DNA of 64,000 nt, from assembly GCA_040954595.2 (NCBI GenBank), contig CM082576.2:19329028-19393027 (forward strand), read 5' to 3'. Position 1 is the stretch's first letter, and every line of letters starts with the position of its first letter. The DNA comes from Balanoglossus misakiensis (Eukaryota > Animalia > Hemichordata). The translations under genes were made by a program, and so were the position numbers. The notes under the pieces are model-generated. The model saw only the letters and a list, made by a program, of their open reading frames with translations. It did no database searches and had not been told where the DNA came from. This document shows, piece by piece, positions 25,401-37,334 of the stretch.

Positions 25401-28400
25401 GAATATGAAATAAAATTAAAATAATACAAAATCTAATTCTTGCCTTAATTGCCATGTACAATTTCTTTGCTCTTAATTTCTATGTAAACCGGCAAAGATT
25501 ATTCTTGACACAAGACATCTTTCAAAATGAAATTTTGAAAATTATGATTAAAATGGGTCCGTATTGAAAATGAAAAGATGAATAATTTTTGAAATACGTT
25601 TTTGATACTGTGTCTTAAATACAATGGAAAACCCATGAATTGACATTTCAACCCATTAATTGCTCACTTAACTTAAATTTAAAAATAGACCAGTGTGATG
25701 TATTAGTATTTAACTCGTTATTTCCTGAAAAATCCATGGCATAAACAACTGTTGCAAATTGTGTTCACTGTTTAATTAAGTCAATCAGATCAAGCCATTT
25801 TGGACTGTAACTTACCTTTTCTTTGGTACTGAGCTTGTGGACCAAATGTTGCATATCATTGTGGCGATTTGCAAGCCACATGGACTGTTCTTCACTCAGT
25901 GAACAATATATCTTGCATTGTCTTGACTTAAATAATTGCCTATCTTTATACTTCTCAGCAAGTTGCTTCGTTGCAGTGAAATTGTGTTGACCGCCTAGGA
26001 TGGTGTACTTGTATCCATTAACCTACATGACAATTGACACAAGAAATGAAATTGAGTTTAACTAGCACACGTGAGAAATCACTAATGTCGTTTGAAATTT
26101 TTTTGTTGAACTCTAATTCTGAAACTGAAAGCCATGCAATCAAGACAATTGTGGGGGTAAGCTTAGTGATATTTCATACTCACGTTATTCTTGTTGAAGT
26201 CATCCTTCTTAATGTCCACCATAACAACATATGGGCTGTAAGACTCATCAGTAAATTTCTCCATACTCTCAACCAGGGTCTTCACGAAAAAGTCGTCCAC
26301 TTTTCTTACTTGCTTTCCCAAGTTCAGATTACAGGTGTGAATACTGAATACACCTAAAAATAAATGTAAATGTAAATGTAATTAGCTTGAGTAGTTCACA
26401 TCATTGAATTCTCTTGGACTTAGCCAGCTTAATACATTAACAACCAAAATTCGTACTGACTAAAAGTTTAGGCCAAATAGTCATCCTCCCCATGTACCCA
26501 AACCAAGCTAGTCTACTCTCATGTGACATGTTCACTGAATGCATTATGCTTCATTGGTTATTTTGAGCTGTACAATCAGTTTTAGAGAAAAAAGACAAAT
26601 GTTTTCTCAAATGTGCACATTTCATTACAATTCAAACACATCTTTTTAATGTTACCACAAGGAACCTGAACACAAAATGCCAAAGCAATCATAAGCAGTT
26701 TCAAAACAAACTGATTGTTGATTAAAACAGCAGACAAATATTCATGTACAAACATAAAATGGGAGCTAAACAAAGATGTTTAGTTGCACCCACTGCTGGA
26801 AGAGTGAATGGAGCTGAAAGTACATGTATGTCTTGTAGTATGAAAGGACTGGATCATGACCCAGATCCTCTCATGTTTAAAGGGACAAAATCTCCTTCTC
26901 TCATTGTCCATCTTCCATTAATTATGTTTGATACAAGACACATGACTGTTTATGTTATCTACATGTGGATATATAGTGAATCAACGTTCGACCACACACA
27001 ACTTCCATCTCGTTTGTGGGATATGAGTGTAAAAATCTCGCCAAAATGAATAAATGGTAGAGACCGATTATTCATTTTGGCGAGTTTTTCACTCTCTTGT
27101 GTACAAGTGGTACAGAAATTGTGTGTGATCGATGGTGAGAGAGAGACTTTGTCACTTTAACATACATGACATTGCTTCTCAGGCTACATGTATACAAATA
27201 CAGCATCCTTACCAAACAAAACAAAGTAATTCATCTTAATATCTCACCTGGTATTGCGTGATCATTAACAATATTAGTCATTGGATCTTCTGTTAAATTC
27301 ACCGAGTCTATATGACTTCTTCTTTTTTTCCTTGTCAAATCTGGAATTACTTCACCTGAAGAAGGCCTTTTTTTTCGCGATTTACCAGCCGGGAAACTGA
27401 AATTGAATTGGATGAAATAACATGAAGATCTTCTTGAAAGGACAGTGATTCAATCTCTGGTAATCAGAGTTGTGTTTGCCACCTTGGCAAATGCTGTAAA
27501 CCATACACCTTAACAAAAACTGTTTCCCAAGGGTCTATGTCTCAGCCACAGCCAACTTGCTATCAAATATTGGCCCAGCATACAATGCCCAAAGTGGGCC
27601 TGATCTAGTTTTCTGTAATATTAACATACCAGTATATCATTGAATGAACTGTAATTCTACCAGAATCAAAATTTAGTGCTGTAGCAAGTTTGCAATGTGC
27701 ACTCAGATAAACTAGTCAGCTCAGAGACAGTCATATAATCATTTGATTTCTGAATGGGTTGGAACAAATTTTTGCAAGACAGACTGGGCGTATTTGCACA
27801 ATTTTCATGGGTTATAACTGTTAACAGATGACATATTTTAAACTTTGCTCCTGATTGTTTGTCAACTGACCCAAATTACAAACAATAGCTATGTGACACC
27901 GATCGGAAAAGGTGGGCATTTTTCCCATAATTCAAATTACAGTAAACGCCATATTGGAAATTCTGCCAACTTTCCCTCGATTTTGCAAAAAATTGCGCGA
28001 CTTATACATGGCGAAAATGTTTTTTTTTTCTGAAAGAGTGACCTCAAAGCTACAACTTACAAAAATGTAGAAATCAGCTGGACCGGATTTTCCCTTTAAT
28101 GAATTGCAACTTACCGAGCATTAGAAGAAAGCTCTGGAGATACTCTGTCACCAGATGTATTCATGGCTGAACTGGAATCACTTGAAGGCCTTTTTTTCTG
28201 TGATTTACCACCAGGGCACCTGAAAGTGAATTGGATAAAATAACATGTAAGACTTGAAAGGAATGGGATTAAATCGTTGGTACTCAGAGCTGGAACTGTT
28301 TGCCACAAACCATACACCCTTGGCAAAACTGTTTCTCCTGAGTAAGCACATATCATGTGTCTTTTTACAGATAATGGTCATCTCTGATATAATGTTGATT

Positions 28401-29496
28401 ATATGTGCGAGTTAACTTTGCCTATATGTAATGATGCTATGCAATCAGCAATGGTGCTTTTGCATAAGATTTACAAAATTTAAGAGAGTGGATGATTTAG
28501 TAGAATTTTATTTGATTGCACATGTATTCTAACTTAGATTGTGGTTTATACAAGCTAAGTGTACTTACGGAGAATTATCTTCTTGACAAGACGAACTTGA
28601 AGATTCTGTATCACTTGATGTATTCATGGCTGAACTGGAACAAGATGCAGATTCTATACCAACAGACTGCATGCTTATATCTGATTCATCACTTGATTCT
28701 CCTGGGGATACACTGTTTTTGTCAACAAGTTCATTAAACTTTGCTACAAAATCGACAGCCAGTTTGATGTCACGGAAGTTGCGGCAAAAGTCATTCTGAT
28801 GCCATTCAAATTCTCGGCGATAGAATGTGTGTTTATAACCTTCAAAGATAAGCTGAAAAACAAAAAAAATGTTAATGAATCATGGTTATTCATCTGATTT
28901 TTTGTGAGTTTACCTGTTGAGATCGCCAATTGAATACATCGAGTTTATCTCCATGGGTAAACAAACGTTTTAGAAAGCCAGCAGTTCAAGCGTTAGAAGA
29001 ATTTAATCGCAGCATTTTTGGAGTCGGTTATAACCAGTGAGGAGGTTGAAGTAGATAGGGAAAGAGTTTTTCCACCAGATAAAATCGAATTTCGACCGAA
29101 AAGCTGCGGACCGGACCGCAGACTCGTCATTTTTGGCTGTGGTGGACGCCGTAACGTACGGTGCGTAGACGTAGGGAGCACAAAACATGTACGCGGGGCT
29201 AGGGTGTGCGGGATAGTGTAGGAAAAATACATAGACTAAATAAAATTACAAACCTTTATGCCGTTGTGTCCAAGTGCATTTTTACTGTTAGTATCGACAA
29301 CTGCCTTCTGAACCGCAGACACCGGTTCTTTCACGTCCGATTCTCCTTTCTTTCGACCAGATTTGGCGAGTCTAACACCTTGTTTGGGACTGACAGCGCT
29401 CCTCTTGCCTGTTGTAGTAACGTAAACGTAAACGCCACCAGCAGTGTCGCCTTCGCCATCTTCTTTAACTAGCCACCAATGTCGTTTGTACGTCAT
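22491..29496 (-). CDS. Spliced passenger gene: Ser/basic-rich N-terminus, ParB/Srx-like domain, helical linker and degenerate beta-class N4/N6 DNA methyltransferase-like domain (at least 723 aa; ~804 aa with the putative first exon)
   Basis: Ten GT-AG exons join in phase without stops: 28852-28569, 28219-28115, 27396-27248, 26353-26184, 26022-25816, 25391-25308, 24807-24184, 23684-23495, 23321-23106, 22633-22491. First exon 29496-29254 is phase-compatible but uncertain. Motifs: QVRKVDDFFVKTLVESM..YTILGGQHNFTATKQL..WLANRHN; GAELTMTSIPEDW; FLSELIKVFCAERRWMLDVTRNQGSAFTTALQLGRPCICLETD. Confidence 0.8.
26881..27156. mobile_element. Kolobok-like MITE family, copy 3, in an intron of the passenger gene
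   Basis: TTAA|AGGGACAAAATCTC ... GAGACTTTGTCACT|TTAA; homologous to the copies at 16411 and 17329. Confidence 0.8.
27900..28098. repeat. Dispersed repeat fragment with a TTAA-type terminus; related copy at ~3990-4060
   Basis: ATTGGAAATTCWGCCAA...TATACATGGCGAAAA shared with 3990-4060; ends CCGGATTTTCCCT|TTAA. Confidence 0.5.
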
Positions 29497-31126
29497 ATTC
29501 TCCTCTCAAAAGCAGAAATGAAATGATGCAGTGCCACTTGAGCTGAAGCATTTTAAATCCTGCTCTGACCCCTGACATTTACTCACACTCACAGCTTGTC
29601 CAGGCCCCCACGATCTTTTCCAAAGCCTTGGGACTGTGACGTGTGAATGGACTGTGAAAGAGTGTAAAACTCCGGGCGACTTCCTGTGTAGCCTCCGTCG
29701 CCCCTGGATTGGAAGACGACCAAATGTTCCCCTCCCCGTGGCATTATGTCCGTAGTTTACTCCATATCCTGCATACACATAGATTGAATGCGTAGTTGTA
29801 GCTTCGCTTTGCAATTTCTCCACGTACCATGCCTGTCCTGCATGAACTGTGTTTGGTATTGCATCGATCAAAAAATTGTAACGATTTTTCGAAAAGTTGA
29901 AAATGTTTGCCATAAACTCGCAGCTGATCAGTGAACACGGCCCGGAAGTGTACATACATATATCGCTGTGCGAACTGGCCAACCTGTGAAGACAAAATCC
30001 ATTCGCACTACTAATTCTCACATCACATCAACGACTGATCAGCTGGCTGATCAACCGGAAATTCACCACATGTGCATAGCAACCGGCCAAACCAGCTGAT
30101 TGCCGCGCGCGCACAGTGAACGCCTGTGGAACTGAACACTTGATCTTTCGGGACCATACCCATCGGTGTGTGCCTTTACTGGGACAACGGTCGTCTAGAG
30201 ATTAAAACGTCTATCTTCATGTATGTATGAACTTCTATATCAGTTCCTCATACGCGTAATGTTGCTGTAGTAACTGTTATTTGTAAATGCAGCCAAAAGT
30301 TCTCTTTGAATAGGTATGTGTGGAGGAATAGCTCGGGTCACAATATCTTGCACACCCCCATAAATTAATGGGATCAGTCAGGTCATGCTGGCAGAGTCCT
30401 CGAAGTTTTGCTGACTTTTGGTGAATGCTGAAATTGCCGATGACACCAACTGGAGTGTATTCCCGAAACAACAGGTATGTGATTCACTTTAATTTCTCGA
30501 AGTCAAGTATATCATTTTGACTCTCTGTCATTGTATATTACTATTACCACGGATGGATGACCGCGAAGTCACAGTTGTGAAATTTTTGACTGCCAGGCTG
30601 TGTACACAGGTCTGTATGCTCCCGGCGTTATGAAGCATCGATTCCCACTGACTGTAGCCTGATATTGATATAACATGCTACTCATATGATATAACATGTT
30701 ATATCATATCAGGCTACAGTCAGTGGGAATCGATCGCCTATGGTTTAACGCCGGGAACACACAGACCTGTACGCAGGGCTTAGGCTGAGTGATGCCTTTC
30801 TACTTCCGGGCTTCGATCATGATCGGGTGATATGTACATGTTGTGTGATTTCTTGAGGTGTGTAGGTGGGCCACGCTAATTACATGCTTCATTATTTCGG
30901 AATCACAGTGGTGACATCACAAAGCTTTGAATGTGAATTTGTGAAGTTATTGGAAACCAAACAAAATGTGTCTGTTGATGCAGGCCTCAAGGTTCAACCT
31001 GGCTGTAGATGGGGTTTTGTTCAAAGGAAGTTGTCATTTACTCATTGACAACAATATTTAAGTGGACGGTCAAAACGTGTTCCGTATGTTTACATGACAA
31101 TATTATTTCTTGCCCCGGTAGGTGTC
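29497..31126. promoter_or_regulatory. Divergent intergenic/5' UTR region between the passenger gene and the transposase
   Basis: Head-to-head gene arrangement; CpG-richer than the introns; oppositely oriented CCGGAAGT (ETS-like) sites at ~29942 and ~30803; candidate non-coding exon donors at ~30313 and ~30475 and an acceptor at 31121. Promoter function is inferred. Confidence 0.45.
30602..30771. repeat. Imperfect ~170-bp palindrome (MITE-like)
   Basis: CAGGTCTGT..CCCGGCGTTA..ATCGATTCCCACTGACTGTAGCCTGATA mirrored by TATCAGGCTACAGTCAGTGGGAATCGAT..TAACGCCGGGA..ACAGACCTG. Confidence 0.8.
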
Positions 31127-34100
31127 ATGGATTCCTCTTGTTCTACAGTTGTAGAAGAAAGTTTTTCATCATCTGAGGGGATGACAAGTGTGGAAGAAAC
31201 CGATACATCTGTAGAAAACTCTTTAAACTCCTCTGTATTGACAGTTGTGGAGGGACTGAATGACTCTGTGACGTTAGATATACCTGATAATTATCATGAA
31301 ACCTCAAGTGAAAATGATGTATGTATTCTCGACCCGCAAGAACCTGAAGTGGCCTGTTCATCTAGCATGTCTTCATCAGACATTGGTGATTTTGATGGGA
31401 GTTTTGGTAACTGTGAAGAAGATAATATTGTCTCATCCAGTCCTGTGAAGAGGCGACGCTTTTCTGCACCACTCAGGGAGCCAACAGAAGTTTTAAAGAT
31501 GGCCTGCTGTGGGGACAAGTGTATGACCAGTCTCTCGCAAAATGACATCATGGCATCAGAACAGTTCTTTAAGACATCACTTGATGAAGCAGAGCAAGGA
31601 CAGTTTATCCTTAAACAAATTCAGCAGCATTCATACACATGTTATGGGAAAACAAGATCAAAACTTGTTTTGAATTTGGTCATACGTGGAAGATGTGTAT
31701 GTGAAGTAGCTTGGTGCAATGTATTTGACACATCTTATCACAGATTTACAAAGTATAAGAAATTAGTGAAAGGTGGTGCCACTAGTGTTTTGCATGGAAA
31801 CAGGGGAAAAACAAGGATGCAGGAGAAAACCTCACGATCAATAGCATGGATGAGGTTCCACTTTGAACGGATCGGTGATTACATGCCACACAAGAACATT
31901 GTTCGCCTTCCTACATTTCTTACCAAGGGTGATCTGTGGACACGTATGAAGACTCAGTTGGCTGAAGGATTGTTCTTTTCACACATATCATATGGCTACT
32001 TCTGTGATATATGGAGAAAGCACTTGCCAGAATTTCGTACTGGTGTGGTAAGTATAAATTCTTTGAGGACTTTAGTCTTTTCAGCATGCTATAGACAGTA
32101 GAACAAAATAAGAAACTGGTTGACACACACAACTAGAGAGCTGAAAAATAGGCAGCCACTTTTGATGTGCCTTGACTTTTCTACCTTTTTATGAAGTTTC
32201 TTTCCAAGAAAATATTGATAATTGACTGCACCCTTTACTATGGAGAAATCATTTGAAAATAGGGGCTTGTAAATAAAATGCTGCTGATTGCAAGAGAGTA
32301 AATTTTATATCTTTTGTTGCAGACCTCAGACTTTTCTGAATGTGGTGATTGTGCACAGATACGGGGTGCTATCTCAAAAGCAGCTACTGATTCTGAACGA
32401 CAAAACCTCATGAAAGTTCGAGAAGTTCATGAGAAGAGGGTTGAGTAAGTTACAGTTCCTTGATTTAATCCAGCTACATAAGTAATGATGCGTGTAGATT
32501 TCACAAAGTACATTGTAATTTGTATGTTACATTGTCTCAGTACTGGTACTCAGCACTCAGTACACTGTTAAAAATATACACACTGAGAAAAACTTTAATT
32601 GACATAGGACACTGTTTAATTTCAGAACAGAAAGGGCAGTCTATCATGATGCCAGGGAAAAGGCAGTGCGACAGCCAGATGATTTGCTTGTCATGATAAT
32701 TGATGGCATGGACCAGAAAAAGACATATTTTCCAAGGTTACTCCGAGAGAAAAAGGACACAGAAAACCTAGGAAAGATCCCTATGCATGCAACAGGTGTG
32801 TCTACCTATTTATTCTAGGAAGTACATGTACATGTACCTGTAATCTGTGCTGTGTAAAGATATGTGGTTGTAAAATGTGTTTTTTGCGTGTTAAATGTGT
32901 AAACATTGTAAATGTTGACAAATGAATTCTAGTCTGGACTAGAATAAAAATATCAACAATAACATTGTAGTTGACATGTGAAGACACAGGAGTATAAAGC
33001 AATTCAGAATTGATGCGCTAACCTTTTTAATTTTATGTTTTCAGTCTTTTTAATTTTTTATTCAGTTTTGGTCAAGAAAAATTCAGCTTGATGGTGGCTT
33101 GTTCAAATCTTCACATCCACTATGGTATAAAAATGCAAGAGCCCATTTTAATGGCTTGTATGTTAAATATATGTTTCTTAATTTTTTTGCAGGAAGTTTG
33201 ATTCATACTAATGTCCCTGAAGGCAAACTAGCAGTAATGCGACTTGACATCCACAACTTTCCACATGATTCGAACATGACTATCAATAATATCATGTGGA
33301 ATTTGGTTGATAACAGAGAAAGGCTATCAAAAAAGCTTCATCTTCAATTAGACAACTGCTACAGGGAAAACAAAAATCGGTATCTTCTGTCCTTTGCATC
33401 TCTGTTGGTGGAGTATGATATATTTGAAGAGGTAGGTCATTACATGATGTTGAGAAATTTACACACAAGCACATACACTCACACTGTTTTGTTTATACCA
33501 TTACCAAGTAATATAAGTGAAGTACCTTCCCTTAGCAGTAGTCGTTTCAGTAAAAGTGTGCAAGTTACTACAATAGAAAAATTGTTAGTAAGATTTGTTT
33601 TTAATGTGTAATACGAGTACAATCAGGTGATGTAAGGCTAGATAATGGGTTGGGTTAGGAAAGAAGACCATCTTGTCATCTGTAATATTGATTTTTATCT
33701 TCTGTTTGTTAGGTGGTGATGAACTTTCTACCCGTGGGTCACACTCATGAAGGTAAGTACTTTATTAATTTCGTTTAATACATGTCAACAATTAGTATTT
33801 GAAGAGCCTGAAAATATCCAATGATTCATGTGAATTTGTTAGATTATGATTTTCCACATTCACTACATACCTGATACATGTGATTTACAGGTCACTTGAA
33901 CAAATTATCTGTTAGTATGAAAGTGGTGCAAATATAATATAAATGTAATAGATGCCTAAAATTCCTCATTTTTGATCAAACTAATCATGTGTGCCATACT
34001 ATTTATTCTGCAGACGTTGACCAAATGTTCAGTCGAGTGTCTACCGCACTGAGGAAAGCAAATTCCTTCACCCTGGCAGGTATGAATAATGAATTTTCTA

Positions 34101-36929
34101 TGTCAGGGGTTGCTTCCCGTCCTTCATATTTGTCAGGGGAACTCCTACTTTATGTGAAGGGTGGGTAGACTAGGGGTCCTAATTCTTAATTTATTATCAC
34201 TATTAAATATCATTTGCCTGGTATTGACTCCCTCTGAGAAATCACTATTGCAATTCCTGTCTATATAGATTCAGCTAAGGATTTGAAAATAAACAAATAC
34301 ATTGGAGTCTATGATACGAAAACTAAATGCTGAAGAGAAATTAGAGACAGACATTTGGCTACAGTGTCATTGATGAAAATTGAACGGGGCCCTTTACCCT
34401 CATACCTGTTCATATTTCAGATCCCATCACGATCAAAATGCTGACAATGTATCTTGGGATTTCTTCATTTCAGAATTAATGCACAATATTCATGACAGCT
34501 ATACACCATCAATTAAGGTCGAAGAAGTGAAGTATCTCTTCAATGTGAAAGAATGGCTAGAGCCATATATGGCTGGTAGATTCGGGGGGCATTCAAAACC
34601 CCACAATTTCAGATTTCGGAAATGCAGTGGACGAGCTCGGATGCACTACAGACGATGGTCGACTGATGCCTGGCAACCAACTTATGATGAAGACAATGCA
34701 GATGCACAAGGGCTGGTATGCCTTGAAGTAAGTTATACTGATATACATACTGTACATCATGTATCCTGGTTGACCAAGGATTTTTGTGCAATATTTTGAC
34801 TTTTGCATTTTTTATGAAATCAGAAATTTCTCCAAAGTTTAATTGTTGATTTATTTTGTAAATTTCAAAACAATGCCACATAAAGAACGCTTGAAAACAG
34901 CGATTTTTAGTACTGATACTGTGACACTAGGCATACGTATGGATTAAATGTTTAGAAGTAAAACTGCCATTAGCTTCTAGTTTTTGTCCGGTTATACTTA
35001 TACAGTTTTCATGCTATAACGGTTATGCCTTTAAGAACAAGAGTGTCTAAGCAATTTTATAATGTTTTGTTTTCCGACAATGACACCATAGAACCGGTGT
35101 GACATACCTGATCAGGATTGAAGACATAACAGATATCCTGCTTATAATGAAAAGAAAATGCACTATTGCTATTTTTTATTTGTAGATAAACATCCCACCA
35201 ACACTGTGAAGTTGTGAAAACAGACATACATTGAAACCTGAAACGTGTTATTTCACACACCTCTCACATCAATACACCTGTCTACGAAAGTCAGATAAAA
35301 GTGTTAAAAATCAGTGTAGTTTAAAGTTCAGATTTCACTCGTGTATTTTGTGACACCTTTGGTTTTGAGTTGTTCAGTCAATCTTAAAGTATTCAATTAT
35401 TTAATTATTTTCACAGACTGTGCCAGATGTTAATGTTGTGCCCAGCATGGTTGAACCATCCCTCCTGAAACTTGATCTCCAGAAGATAAGAAATGACATT
35501 CCAGACAAATATGGCAACTATATGCCCCCAGCAACTATGGAACATCTGAAAAATTTTATAAATAGCATCGAGCAGTATGGACAGGTGAGTTTGAATTACT
35601 CATATGGCTAGTACTCTTGTGTTATAACAGGCAAGTGTATGGCAACTTCATGCCTTTATGTAGAATTTTCTCAGTATGTCATTTTGCCATGTTTGACACT
35701 GCAAAATAGTGTTATACAAAATAATGATGATCCAGAGTTTACTAATATCACACAACTGTACTTAACACCTATTCTCATAAACTATTTTCAGGATTTGTCT
35801 ATCGTCCTTATAAAGTTATTGCAATTTAAACAAATTAATTAAACAACAAATCATCTTTAAAACTTTGATCTACAATTGTGAGAAAACTAAGATGTCTTTC
35901 GAAACACGTTTTTGCTGAGTGACATTATTATTACTGTTTTGTTGGTTTATACTTTTTCAAGTAAATTTTAATAAGTTCCTGAGTTTTCCATTAATGTATA
36001 GTCCTTGCTAAAAACCAAATGATTTGCGATTAAAAATATTTTGCAGCAAACCTCACAAGCTACCTACATTAGCTGTTTAAAAGATTAATAAAGGTCAGCA
36101 CACACATACAAGGTCACATGCTGATTTTGTTTCGAATTGTCACTCTACACTGACTATAGGTAGCAGAAGAACCTGATGAGTGGCCTCTTCAGCAATTAAT
36201 TGATGACGCTAGAAGGAGAAGAAGTACAAGACTTGAAACTGAAGGTGACATACCAGAAAATGTTCAAAGAATTCAAGAACGGATGGAATCTGTGTGTCCT
36301 ACAGTAAGTGCCTGCACATTGAGTTTGCAGCGGTGTTTACTTTCTTAATAGAGATTTAGCATCTGTTTGCCATCATGTACATCGAAGCAGGAGCTGTTTT
36401 TAATGTTGGGAAAGTCTACATGTCTGTTCATATGTTCATGTGTGTAGATAGCCACAAAAAGTCCTCATATTCTAGTGAATTTCTTTTTTAAAAATAAACT
36501 GTGATTATTTAGCAGATAAAGTAAGCTCTAGCTCAAATGATTATGTGAAGCTATTTTGTCTTACTCTAGGTAACTATTGGAAGGCAAGGACGGCAAGCCG
36601 AAACAGCTGAAGTTGTAGATGATTTCTCAACATTGGCTGTAGGAATGTTTGTTGCAGTATATTGCCCTGAGTCAGAGGAGGTACCTCAAATAGGAAAGGT
36701 GGTCAATAGGGATGATACCTCTTTTACCATACACTGGTACCAGGGCAAATGGAACACATCATGGAAACCATGCTACCTCACAAAAGGACGAGCAAAAGTG
36801 CCATGGGAGGACAAGCAAGATCTGGCTGCAGCAATCCTGTGGGACTTTGACTTCAACGGCAGGGGAATGCTAAGCAAAACAACAAGGACTATCTTGGCAG
36901 AAAAGTATGAAAGATTTCATGCTGTATGA
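31127..36929 (+). CDS. Intact 10-exon Sola-like (DUF7869-type) DDD transposase, 827 aa, with a C-terminal Tudor/SH3-like domain
   Basis: Exons 31127-32047, 32323-32444, 32626-32795, 33193-33431, 33713-33752, 34014-34079, 34474-34727, 35417-35584, 36160-36303, 36570-36929 join in phase (2484 nt). Motifs: CCGDKC, VCEVAW, CGDC..H, IIDGMDQKKT, LQLDNCYRENKN, FLPVGHTHEDVDQMFS. Confidence 0.9.
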
Positions 36930-37334
36930 ATGTCTGTAACAAACAGATGTTGAAAGGAAACCCTTCTTGTTTAACTTTACAGCTGTCAGCAGTCCTTATT
37001 AACCAGCGTAGACTGCCCATTATCAACTTGATGTTTATCCTTATCACTCTACATTATCAGGCATTGGAATGTGTAAACTACCTAGTAATGGCTGTGCCAG
37101 AGAGAAAACAAGTGTCTATTGTCAATGTTTATCACTATTGTCAATGTTTATGACAGGTGATAAACAAGTGGAATTCAATACAAATTAACACTTCTGGACC
37201 CTTCAGTGTCCACTGTAACTTTGCTGGTTGTATATGTCATTAATTTTTTTGTTTCCGAAGTATGACTGCATTCAGTGTTTGATTGCATTTAATTCATTTG
37301 CTACTGCATCAGCCACAATGTCCACGCAATCCTC

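Noticed and set aside
29334-29459. Signal-peptide-like minus-strand ORF MAKATLLVAFTFTLLQQARG
   Set aside because: Stops after ~41 codons with no supported splice continuation.
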